DNA from: a virus
Lineage: Duplodnaviria; Caudoviricetes
Strand: one strand, 5' to 3'
DNA length: 28,257 bases
Virus record (IMG/VR): IMGVR_UViG_3300020403_000062
Location: 1-28,257 of that record
Position 1 is the first letter of the stretch. Every line of letters starts with the position of its first letter. Of this stretch, positions 1 to 7,051 are shown piece by piece. A model generated the notes under the pieces. It ran no database searches. It saw only the letters and a list, made by a program, of their open reading frames with translations, and had not been told where the DNA came from. Both the position numbers and the translations under genes were made by a program.

Positions 1-149
1 GCGGCATCCGGCGCGGCTAATTTTTTAAAAATGTTAGCCCATGGCCAGCGGCCAGCGGGGCGCGGTAGGTTTTAGACTGGGGGCGGGCGGCGGGCCGCGG
101 CAAGATTAACTGGCATTAAACGCGATTTAAAGGCCAGTGAGCAGGCATG

Positions 150-180
150 AAAAAACCCGCCGATGAAATACACCGGCGGG
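150..180 (-). terminator. Intrinsic terminator downstream of gene 205-681
   Basis: Stem CCCGCCG (156-162)/CGGCGGG (174-180); the A-run at 150-155 reads as a U-tract on the minus strand. Confidence 0.75.
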
Positions 181-204
181 GGGCTTGTGTTAACTGGCGG
201 GGCT

Positions 205-681
205 TTAAACGTCGATTGTTAGAGTCGCGCCGGATAACACTTCTTTAACGATAGACTCAACAGCCTCGCGCTGTTCATCTTCGTCTTTTTGTTCGGGTAC
301 TTTATCGTCAATCATTTCGTGAATTTGGTATTCATATTCGGTGATATCAAAATTGTCTCGCACGTGATCGGCGACTGTTTCTATCATGCCGTCGGCAATC
401 GCTTCAACGCGGTCTCCGATAATCGACATTATCGCGTCGGCCAACCGGTTATTGCTTTGCACGATATCCCGCGTCCGCTTTTGATGATTTTCAGATTGTT
501 GCGTTAAAGATTCAATTTCCCGCGCCTGCTGTTCGATTTTATCGGCGGCCGCTTCGATATCAAAAGCATTAACCGGTAAATCCGAAAACCCTGCATTGCG
601 GGCGGCGTCCGCTAACTGGCGCAAATATTCCGCGCCAGTCTTTGGAGTTTCATTCTGGTTTTCAAGATTTGAGTTTTCCAT
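205..681 (-). CDS. Hypothetical phage protein (158 aa, acidic, coiled-coil-like)
   Basis: ORF with AAGGGA RBS, its own promoter and a downstream terminator; no motif recognised. Confidence 0.8.
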   Translation of the reverse strand: MENSNLENQNETPKTGAEYLRQLADAARNAGFSDLPVNAFDIEAAADKIEQQAREIESLTQQSENHQKRTRDIVQSNNRLADAIMSIIGDRVEAIADGMIETVADHVRDNFDITEYEYQIHEMIDDKVPEQKDEDEQREAVESIVKEVLSGATLTIDV

Positions 682-736
682 GGTTTAAATTCCCTTTTCT
701 AAAACCGGCGGCCAGACCATCCGGCCGCCCTGGGAT

Positions 737-765
737 AATATGGGGTAAATCTTATACAATGTCAA
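737..765 (-). promoter_or_regulatory. Sigma70-type promoter for gene 205-681
   Basis: TTGACA-N17-CATATT on the minus strand; TATGGGG-N4-TCTTATA inverted box pair at 739-756. Confidence 0.65.
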
Positions 766-772
766 CTCCCAT

Positions 773-801
773 AAAAAAGCCCCGCCGGATTAGGGCGGGG
801 C
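773..801 (-). terminator. Intrinsic terminator downstream of gene 820-1584
   Basis: GCCCCGCC/GGCGGGGC stem plus U-tract; the right arm continues as a tandem 10-bp repeat GGCGGGGCGA (794-819). Confidence 0.75.
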
Positions 802-819
802 GAGGCGGGGCGAGGCGGG

Positions 820-1584
820 TTAAGTATGAAATAGACCGCGCTTTATTTTAACGGGTTTTAAATCGTATTTTTCCGTTAATTTCTCTTTGCCAATATCACC
901 GGCTACATGATGCCTTAATATGGTGCCGGTTGGCAGGGTTTTAACAAAAGCTTTTAACCGCTCGCCGTCGGTCTCATTCTGCTTTTGCTTAGCGGTATGT
1001 TGCCAGTGAATATTGACGTTGCCGCCGTCGGCATAACAGCCGCCGCGCTCGCCGTCGTTTATTCTTTTTTTGCTCGCGCCGTGAGCAGTAAAGGTGATTA
1101 TGTAATCGCGGTCTGGTCTGGCGCATAATGGCAGGCCGTCCCCGCAATTATTGCACGTTACCGCGCTGTTATATTCGGCAGGACAGCGCACCAGTCGCAA
1201 GCCATGCGGGGCAGACCATTTGCCATTTGCAAAAAAGTTTTCCGGCGTAACGGTGACAACCGGCGCGCCGTAATTATAAGCATTATAAGCATGGTCTAAA
1301 TTATCCGCGCTGTAGTTTATGACGGTTTTACCGGCGGCCAGTTTATGTTGCCAGAATAGCGGGTCAAAATGTGAATAGGTAAATGATACGCCGCGGCGCG
1401 GTACGGCGTCGGCCAGTATGTCCAGATAATCAACATCAATCTGACCGGTAGAACAACCCCGCCCGCTAGGGTTCAATTTGCAATCGGCGGGGCAAGTTGC
1501 GAATTTGTCACCGGTTCCGGCGCGGTATGTAACAGCGCAACCGGCCGTCTTATTTGCTTGTGATATTGCGGTGGTTTTCAGCAT
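820..1584 (-). CDS. Cys-rich phage protein, DUF7227/gp88-like
   Basis: Motifs TCPxxC, FTYSH, INYSA, CPA..TCxxC..LC, FTAHG, GCYA, RHHVAGD; start moved to ATG 1584, which follows an ACGGGAA RBS and the promoter. Confidence 0.7.
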   Translation of the reverse strand: MLKTTAISQANKTAGCAVTYRAGTGDKFATCPADCKLNPSGRGCSTGQIDVDYLDILADAVPRRGVSFTYSHFDPLFWQHKLAAGKTVINYSADNLDHAYNAYNYGAPVVTVTPENFFANGKWSAPHGLRLVRCPAEYNSAVTCNNCGDGLPLCARPDRDYIITFTAHGASKKRINDGERGGCYADGGNVNIHWQHTAKQKQNETDGERLKAFVKTLPTGTILRHHVAGDIGKEKLTEKYDLKPVKIKRGLFHT

Positions 1585-1619
1585 TGTTTTAATTCCCGTT
1601 AAAGTTATGCGATTTGTCC

Positions 1620-1663
1620 TATATAGCAAAAATAAAAAGCCCCGTCAATATAACGGGGCTTTT
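1620..1663 (-). promoter_or_regulatory. Terminator hairpin of the DUF932 gene with an embedded promoter for gene 820-1584
   Basis: AAAAGCCCCGT..ACGGGGCTTTT hairpin; TTGACG (1648-1643)-N17-TATATA (1625-1620). Confidence 0.75.
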
Positions 1664-1685
1664 CTCAGTTTTTTATGCTTGCCGG

Positions 1686-2912
1686 TTATGCGGCCACCTT
1701 ATCCAGTAATGCGCCCGCTTTGCGTTCTAAGTCAATGCGGTTATCCTGATGCGGGATATCACGGGCAAGCGCGGTGATTGCCTGCGCGGCATCCCATACT
1801 GACCGGACGGGCTTTTGTTCTTCATCGAGATGACGGGCGGCGGCGGCCTTTGCCATGCGCTGGCTAAGCCCTGCCCGCTTAGTAAGAAAGTCCAGCCGGT
1901 CTTCGTCGGTACGGGCAACAACTGCATCCTGCGCGGCCTGTACGCCGTCCAAAAAGTTTGCGGTTGCCCCATGAGCAAAAGACTGCAAAGCCGGTGCGGC
2001 TTCATATGCGAAGCGGTCGGGCGCAAACTTGGTATGGCGGATTTTAATTTCTTGAAAATTTTCCACGCCCCAAAGATTGCGATTCATGCAAACACCGCGC
2101 AAATACATGGCCGCAATTCCGGCAGTCTTAGAGCCAGTCTCACTATTCCATGCATAAAAGCCCCTAAACATTAAATCAGGGTCACCGTTTGGAAGCTTGC
2201 CAACTTCAATCGGGTGCGTGTCATCTACCAGAAACAAAAAGACATCACGGTCAGATGCAAACAAAGTCGTCGTATCTTTAGTCACCGGAACGAACGGGTC
2301 ATAAATAGCGCGACCTTCTTTTTGGCCAGTCATCATGCCCGGAATTTTCCAGCGGTCAGGGTCGGCAAACTTCTTCACTGCTTCGATAATTTCAAAGTCA
2401 TAAATCCGGCCATAATCAGCACCGGTTGCCGCCCGTAAATCACCGCCTTCGGTTGCATGGCCATAAGCTTTCACCAATTCACGCGACCGGTTATAACGCA
2501 GGCCCCATTGCAGGGCGTCCGCCGCAATAGGTGCAGGCAGGTCTTTGAGATAACCGGCAGGCGCACCGGCCAACTGAGACAACTGACCAAAAGACCAATT
2601 TGTCGGCGCATTAAAACCCTCACGCCCCTGTTCATCGGTATACTCAACAAAGATATCTCCGCGGCTGGGGTTTTCTTCATCAAGCTTGCCGACAATGTTC
2701 ATTTTATGGGTATTGACAATGCGGCTATTCATAGAGCGGGCGTCCTGCTTTTTAAAGGCCAGCATTTCATCCAAAGATAAAAACTTCTGGTCATCCGGAC
2801 GGCTGAACCATTGTGATGAAACCGCGCTGTTACCAATACCATGCTGAATAGCATTAGTCTGATAAGCCCCTGTTACTGGGGCGGTGTTTGTGTTTTCGAT
2901 AATGTTTTGCAT
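1686..2912 (-). CDS. DUF932/DUF945-family protein (408 aa)
   Basis: Motifs SxQWFSRPDD, PTNWSFGQL, LFASDRDVFLFLVD, RGFYAWNSETG, RGVCMNRNLWG, IRHT; CTACGGGAG RBS. Confidence 0.8.
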   Translation of the reverse strand: MQNIIENTNTAPVTGAYQTNAIQHGIGNSAVSSQWFSRPDDQKFLSLDEMLAFKKQDARSMNSRIVNTHKMNIVGKLDEENPSRGDIFVEYTDEQGREGFNAPTNWSFGQLSQLAGAPAGYLKDLPAPIAADALQWGLRYNRSRELVKAYGHATEGGDLRAATGADYGRIYDFEIIEAVKKFADPDRWKIPGMMTGQKEGRAIYDPFVPVTKDTTTLFASDRDVFLFLVDDTHPIEVGKLPNGDPDLMFRGFYAWNSETGSKTAGIAAMYLRGVCMNRNLWGVENFQEIKIRHTKFAPDRFAYEAAPALQSFAHGATANFLDGVQAAQDAVVARTDEDRLDFLTKRAGLSQRMAKAAAARHLDEEQKPVRSVWDAAQAITALARDIPHQDNRIDLERKAGALLDKVAA

Positions 2913-2960
2913 ATTAAATGCTCCCGTAGAAAATGCGGGCTGGAATTAGCCCGTAAGGGT

Positions 2961-2989
2961 GTTGTCTCATAATTTCGCATATAATGCAA
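2961..2989 (-). promoter_or_regulatory. Putative promoter for the DUF932 gene (weak -10)
   Basis: TTGCAT-N17-GACAAC; spacer holds the direct repeat TATGCGA-aat-TATGAGA. Confidence 0.5.
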
Positions 2990-3008
2990 GTAATTTTTTC
3001 AAAAAGTT

Positions 3009-3038
3009 AAAACCCCGCCAGCGGTGACTGACGGGGTT
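3009..3038 (-). terminator. Intrinsic terminator
   Basis: Minus strand AACCCCGTCAG..CTGGCGGGGTTTT, directly after the stop at 3043. Confidence 0.75.
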
Positions 3039-3042
3039 CTGT

Positions 3043-3144
3043 TTATCTTCGCCTGCGGCGGCTTACATATTTGGGTTTTTCTTTTGTGTGTTTTTCCCAA
3101 TCTTCGCCATAAAGCAGGCGGCCGATAAGACTGAATAATATCAT
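3043..3144 (-). CDS. 33-aa microprotein MILFSLIGRLLYGEDWEKHTKEKPKYVSRRRRR (not in the ORF track)
   Basis: ATGA overlap with the stop of the upstream gene, GGAG RBS, terminator right after the stop. Confidence 0.7.
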   Translation of the reverse strand: MILFSLIGRLLYGEDWEKHTKEKPKYVSRRRRR

Positions 3145-3644
3145 GCTGGTTTATTCTCCCTTGTTTCAAGATAATAGTTTAATTCCTGCAACACTGGGAA
3201 GATATGGTTAGCGGGTTCACCTTCTTCAAAATAGTGTTGCTGTTCACTGCCCCAGTTGTAATCAATCAACTGACGCAATCCCTTTAGCATGAATGCCTCG
3301 CTGGTGCGCTGTTCTTGCCACGCCAACTGTATGCGTTCATCTAAAAAGCAATCGGCCAGCTCATATCTGCTTGACCATGTTGCGTTGGGGTTGCGTTCTT
3401 TCAACCCCTGAATGTCAGAAAAGACGGAATTATTATCGCCGTCGTTATTCAAACGATAGTATGCGTTTTGCATACGGCGAAACCGTTCAAGATGGTAATT
3501 TTCCCCGCCCTTTTGAACAGACGGTAACCGCCCCTGCCACGGGCCGGTCATAATCATTTTCTCAGCAATCATTTCGTGTAAAGCTTCAGCTTGTTTCTGA
3601 AAACGTCCAGTGCCGTTCCAATATGAATTTTCAGTCGTTCTCAT
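3141..3644 (-). CDS. Hypothetical phage protein (167 aa)
   Basis: Start at ATG 3644 after GAGGAG, overlapping the end of the upstream gene. Confidence 0.75.
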   Translation of the reverse strand: MRTTENSYWNGTGRFQKQAEALHEMIAEKMIMTGPWQGRLPSVQKGGENYHLERFRRMQNAYYRLNNDGDNNSVFSDIQGLKERNPNATWSSRYELADCFLDERIQLAWQEQRTSEAFMLKGLRQLIDYNWGSEQQHYFEEGEPANHIFPVLQELNYYLETRENKPA

Positions 3645-3825
3645 TGTCCAGCTCCTCAGCAAAAGAATTATAACATTCTGACCGCTCAAACATTTCCTGC
3701 CTATCCATATTTTGGATGGTCTCTAACAGGGCATTAGCAATTTTTTCTGGTGAGATTTTATCTGGGTCAGATTGGTGCGTGTTAACGGTGAACACGAAAT
3801 TAAAATCATGTGTCCATTTTTTCAT
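3631..3825 (-). CDS. Hypothetical phage protein (64 aa)
   Basis: AACTACGGGAG RBS and a consensus promoter immediately upstream. Confidence 0.75.
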   Translation of the reverse strand: MKKWTHDFNFVFTVNTHQSDPDKISPEKIANALLETIQNMDRQEMFERSECYNSFAEELDNEND

Positions 3826-3862
3826 CGTTTATAACTCCCGTAGTTTGTGAACGATACCCCCA

Positions 3863-3891
3863 TATATATGGGATTATGTCGGACACGTCAA
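3863..3891 (-). promoter_or_regulatory. Sigma70-type promoter
   Basis: TTGACG-N17-TATATA overlapping the 3' end of the nuclease gene; TATGGGA box at 3867-3873. Confidence 0.75.
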
Positions 3892-4338
3892 GTCAAAAAT
3901 AGTTTCCCACACAAACGGTTGCTCACATCTAAACAGGGGTTCTACTTTGCTGATGCCGTCCATTTTTAAATCGACTGCCGCGCTGGCCGGATATAACAGG
4001 CATTCAGCCGGTTCTGTCGGCTTGGTCTGTCGCTTAATTAAAACCCAACATGACCCATGCTGGTGTTTGGTAAGCCACGCCACCTGAGACGGTCGCAACT
4101 CAACACGGTTGCCGGTACAATATTTTAGTTCAATAAAATTAAACGCGCCGGTCTCATCACATATGACAAGGTCTGGTATGCCCGCGCCTACCCAGTTTTC
4201 AATCCTCGTCAGAGATAGTTTCCTCGATGACCTCTGCGCCGCTTCCTTCACTTGTTTGTAAAAGCCGCCCTCTCGCTTTATCGCGATTGCCGGTGTTTTC
4301 TTTTTCTTCTGGGGTGATGTCGATTGTGATCGGGGCAT
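3874..4338 (-). CDS. PD-(D/E)xK nuclease, VRR-NUC/Holliday junction resolvase-like
   Basis: RIEN..GIPDL..FIELK..RPSQVAW motif set; start uncertain (ATG 4338 or GTG 4251). Confidence 0.8.
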   Translation of the reverse strand: MPRSQSTSPQKKKKTPAIAIKREGGFYKQVKEAAQRSSRKLSLTRIENWVGAGIPDLVICDETGAFNFIELKYCTGNRVELRPSQVAWLTKHQHGSCWVLIKRQTKPTEPAECLLYPASAAVDLKMDGISKVEPLFRCEQPFVWETIFDLTCPT

Positions 4339-4801
4339 AACTATTCTTGATTTCCTCTAAAGCTTTCAAAACTTCATCCTTGCTCATGCTGTCGATTGAC
4401 CCATGCCGGACTTCCGATTTGCTAACATAGATGTCGCCCTGCGCTTGACCCCTCCGATACTCAGCTTGAACAGCCGCAGAGTAAGCCCCGTTTTGCAGGG
4501 CAAGGTCGCGGATGTTTTGAAGGTCACGGATATGGCGCAGATAAGTTATCCCGTATTTTGCGTCCAGTTCGTTTCGATAGGATTGGATGGCGTGAACAAC
4601 ATGAGGTGATATGGCAGGGTTGGTCAACTCATAAGCCCGCGTGTGAGCAGAGGTGGCTGAGTACCCAGCGTTGATTGCCGCTTCTCTCAAAGTTATCTGG
4701 CCGTCCTTGCTGACAAGCTCTTTTACAAAAAGCTCTTGCTTTCGCGTCAAAGGCTGGGCGGCAGTCGCTTTCTTCCGTCCACGAGTCTCAATCTTAGCCA
4801 T
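4199..4801 (-). CDS. terS: Terminase small subunit
   Basis: LTRKQELFVKE..AAINAGYS..AYEL N-terminal HTH signature and an AAVQAE..RG helical region. Confidence 0.85.
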   Translation of the reverse strand: MAKIETRGRKKATAAQPLTRKQELFVKELVSKDGQITLREAAINAGYSATSAHTRAYELTNPAISPHVVHAIQSYRNELDAKYGITYLRHIRDLQNIRDLALQNGAYSAAVQAEYRRGQAQGDIYVSKSEVRHGSIDSMSKDEVLKALEEIKNSYAPITIDITPEEKENTGNRDKARGRLLQTSEGSGAEVIEETISDED

Positions 4802-4849
4802 CAGAACAATCCTCAGTTAAAAAGGTCAACATCCTTATTTTGGAATATA

Positions 4850-5085
4850 CTATATAGGGGGAAAATTCAAAAAATATTTTTTTCTGATTTTGACACACTA
4901 AGGCCGATTTTCATTTTTGGTCTAAAGGTAACACCTCTGTAATCAATGGTGTTACCACTTGTGTTACCCTTAAAATCTTCTGTATCCCTTGTATATCAAC
5001 GGTTACAGAGATGGGTAACACCGGTAACGTCAGTACCGCCATATTTTTTCCAAAAAATATTTTTTCTTTTTTTCTCCCTATATAG
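4850..5085. repeat. Symmetric non-coding element with GGTAAC(ACC) repeats; candidate packaging site or origin
   Basis: Outer inverted repeat CTATATAGGG/CCCTATATAG, two AAAAAATATTTTTT palindromes, six GTAAC/GTTAC boxes. Confidence 0.7.
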
Positions 5086-5100
5086 GTAAAAGACAAAATA

Positions 5101-5126
5101 ACGGGGCAATCCGAAGACTGCCCCGT
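5101..5126 (-). terminator. Probable terminator hairpin after gene 5149-5610
   Basis: ACGGGGCA..TGCCCCGT stem followed by TATTTT on the minus strand. Confidence 0.65.
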
Positions 5127-5148
5127 GGTCCGTGGTTCGCGGTCAGAG

Positions 5149-5610
5149 CTACTTTGCGTGCAGCTCGTAGACCTCTGCCACTCTTGCTCTACGCTTCACC
5201 CGTTTATCACGGATGCTGACAATCTCTTTAGTGAGGCCACAGACATAACGTCTGCCCTGCACTAATTGCCAGTGCCAGCCTGCCACAACGAGGAATACGC
5301 TTTTGGCATCCCTGTCTTTGACAGAAGCTTTCAACCAACCGGCCAGCGTGACACCGTCCGTCCGATTGAACTTAACGTCCCAGTAATGCCGGACATCCCT
5401 CATTCGGATACCGTTCATGTGCAGGACATCCATCAGCTCGGTTTTGCCAGTACCGGTAATCATGCGGCGGCCGGTAACTCGTCTGAGCTGGGCGGCGGCC
5501 TCACCGGTTGTCATGCCGGTGATTGCGCTGATTACGGCTGGCCCACAAAAGCGGTTTTTATCCCGCTTGGATGAGCCGTGGTTGACAGGCTTGATGCGAA
5601 GATTGGTCAT
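5149..5610 (-). CDS. Basic protein with possible papain-like/C39 peptidase Cys-His motifs (153 aa)
   Basis: FCGPAVISAITG and a downstream HWQLV resemble the C39 motifs DCGxAxL and HF/WVV; ACTACGGGAGGG RBS. Confidence 0.6.
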   Translation of the reverse strand: MTNLRIKPVNHGSSKRDKNRFCGPAVISAITGMTTGEAAAQLRRVTGRRMITGTGKTELMDVLHMNGIRMRDVRHYWDVKFNRTDGVTLAGWLKASVKDRDAKSVFLVVAGWHWQLVQGRRYVCGLTKEIVSIRDKRVKRRARVAEVYELHAK

Positions 5611-5688
5611 AAGACCCTCCCGTAGTTATTAACAATAAGAAACAGCGATACCCATTTTGGGTATTGGGGCACCTCCAACAGGGGCCTC
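5611..5688 (-). promoter_or_regulatory. Structured 5' leader with three boxes complementary to the 9696-9764 RNA
   Basis: mRNA-sense CCTGTTGGA (5682-5674), ATCGCTGTTT (5649-5640), ACTACGGGA (5626-5618); two hairpins. Confidence 0.7.
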
Positions 5689-5694
5689 TCTTAT

Positions 5695-5723
5695 TATATA
5701 ACATATTATCGCATACTTGTCAA
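5695..5723 (-). promoter_or_regulatory. Sigma70-type promoter for gene 5149-5610
   Basis: TTGACA-N17-TATATA with a TATGCGA box in the spacer. Confidence 0.8.
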
Positions 5724-5750
5724 GTTAATTTTTTACAAAAGTTATTTTTT

Positions 5751-5797
5751 AATTACCCGTTTTGGGTATTAACAAATTACCCATAATGAGTATTAAC
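5751..5797. repeat. Tandem palindromic operator-like sites TACCC-N5-GRGTA
   Basis: AATTACCCGTTTTGGGTATTAAC (5751-5773) and AATTACCCATAATGAGTATTAAC (5775-5797); third copy at 5648-5664. Confidence 0.65.
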
Positions 5798-6015
5798 CTA
5801 GTTTAAGTTAAACTCCCATAATCGCCCATAGAAGCCCATACAGTGGCTTCAGGTGTTTTCCGGTGGGTAAGTACCACGGGCCTCGCTCATCGCATTTTTA
5901 GCTTCCAGCCTTGGTTACAGAGCCTTTTCTTTTTTTCAGGGGAGAAAGTTATAGGATGTAAGATTGTATGTTATATTATAAGAGTAAGTGTTTATTTTAT
6001 TGTGGGAGATAAAAA

Positions 6016-6276
6016 ATGATTTTTAATAAGCAAGTTCTTTGTCCTAACTGCGGCAAGAAAGCAAAAAAGAACACTGAAATTTGGTGGGAGAGACACTATG
6101 GTAAATACGAAGGAAACTTAAAAGTTATCCGGCGTGAACAAACTTTTAATGGAGACATTTTAACTTTGTGGGACGGGGAAAGTTATAAAATGTATTGTGG
6201 TTATTTTTGCACTAACCGGTGTGCTCAAGAATTTGGTAATGCGGCATTTCATGCCAGTATATGTGCGGACGCTTAA
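6016..6276 (+). CDS. Small putative zinc-binding protein (86 aa)
   Basis: CPNC and YFCTNRC motifs; GGGAG RBS; AT-rich upstream region with TATAGGA/TATAAGA boxes. Confidence 0.7.
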   Translation: MIFNKQVLCPNCGKKAKKNTEIWWERHYGKYEGNLKVIRREQTFNGDILTLWDGESYKMYCGYFCTNRCAQEFGNAAFHASICADA

Positions 6277-6350
6277 AATGTCTCTCAGCTCAACACACGT
6301 GTGTCAGATTGTCGCACCCCACTATATAATATGGGAAAAATCTTATATAG

Positions 6351-6378
6351 TTTTATAAGCTCAAGAGAGCTTATAAAA
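6351..6378. repeat. Perfect 12-bp inverted repeat
   Basis: TTTTATAAGCTC-AAGA-GAGCTTATAAAA. Confidence 0.8.
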
Positions 6379-6384
6379 TCTAAC

Positions 6385-6400
6385 TGTTTCACGTGAAACA
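6385..6400. promoter_or_regulatory. parS: parS site (chromosomal ParB/Spo0J-binding palindrome)
   Basis: TGTTTCACGTGAAACA, a 16/16 match to the canonical bacterial parS; intergenic. Confidence 0.85.
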
Positions 6401-6417
6401 TGAAAGGGAATACAACC

Positions 6418-6651
6418 ATGAAACTAGAAGCAAAAAATCAAAAGCAGGCCAATTTGTTTATAAAGTGGATCTGTCTTAATGAATGTAATTTCTGGGGCAA
6501 TGATGAAGCTGTAATCGCTCATAAGCGCGTCCTGCGTAGTTATCGTCAGTCAGTAGCCAAGGCGTTAGGCATGAAGCACACAGAGGTTCCCAGTGAAGCT
6601 CTGGACTTATACAAGGGCAATGAAGAGTTTGTTAAAGGTATGGAGCGTTAA
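6418..6651 (+). CDS. Hypothetical phage protein (77 aa)
   Basis: ATG 6418 preceded by AAAGGGAA RBS. Confidence 0.7.
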   Translation: MKLEAKNQKQANLFIKWICLNECNFWGNDEAVIAHKRVLRSYRQSVAKALGMKHTEVPSEALDLYKGNEEFVKGMER

Positions 6652-6652
6652 A

Positions 6653-6862
6653 ATGGATAATCATACTTGCGATAAACTGATTGAAATCCTCAAAGGGATT
6701 AAAGAAACCAACCACACTATGGGGATGGATAACCCCTATGAAAACCCTGATTTCGGAAAGGATTGGTATTATCCAGCCGAAAGGCAACACTATCAGCTTA
6801 TTGATGCGTTTGTGCGAACAATCAAAGACCAAACAGATATCAGTAAATCAGATTTTAAATAG
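6653..6862 (+). CDS. Hypothetical phage protein (69 aa)
   Basis: ATG 1 nt after the upstream stop, GGAG RBS. Confidence 0.7.
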   Translation: MDNHTCDKLIEILKGIKETNHTMGMDNPYENPDFGKDWYYPAERQHYQLIDAFVRTIKDQTDISKSDFK

Positions 6863-6868
6863 AATAAG

Positions 6869-7051
6869 TTAGGGGCAGAGATATTGGGATCGGCTAGTTA
6901 AAACTTTCTCTGCCCCTAAAAAGCAAAAAGACCGCTGAGTGCGGTCTTTTCTTTTATACGAGCCTTTGCCCTTTTTGGTTTTTATCACCTGCATCTTAAA
7001 CCGTGGTTCGCGGATGGGGATTGGATTTCTGTGTTTAATGGCACGTTTCAT
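6869..7051 (-). CDS. arfA: ArfA-like alternative ribosome-rescue factor
   Basis: EPRFKMQVIKTKKGKGSYKRK aligns with E. coli ArfA [21 protein letters not shown]; GAGGA RBS before ATG 7051 (alternative start 7066). Confidence 0.75.
   Translation of the reverse strand: MKRAIKHRNPIPIREPRFKMQVIKTKKGKGSYKRKDRTQRSFCFLGAEKVLTSRSQYLCP
6926..6950. terminator. Bidirectional intrinsic terminator inside the arfA-like ORF
   Basis: AAAAGACCGC-TGAGT-GCGGTCTTTT with T-tracts on both strands, between convergent operons. Confidence 0.8.

Noticed and set aside
116-130. TTAA-N7-TTAA CtrA-like box
   Set aside because: Single low-information match with no associated promoter visible in the window
4911-5096. 61-aa minus-strand ORF
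   Set aside because: It has no RBS and lies across the symmetric repeat element; the VT/VL repeats are just translated GTAAC/GTTAC boxes
5751-5840. Possible mini-CRISPR array
   Set aside because: The repeats are adjacent, lack spacers of suitable length, and no cas genes are present
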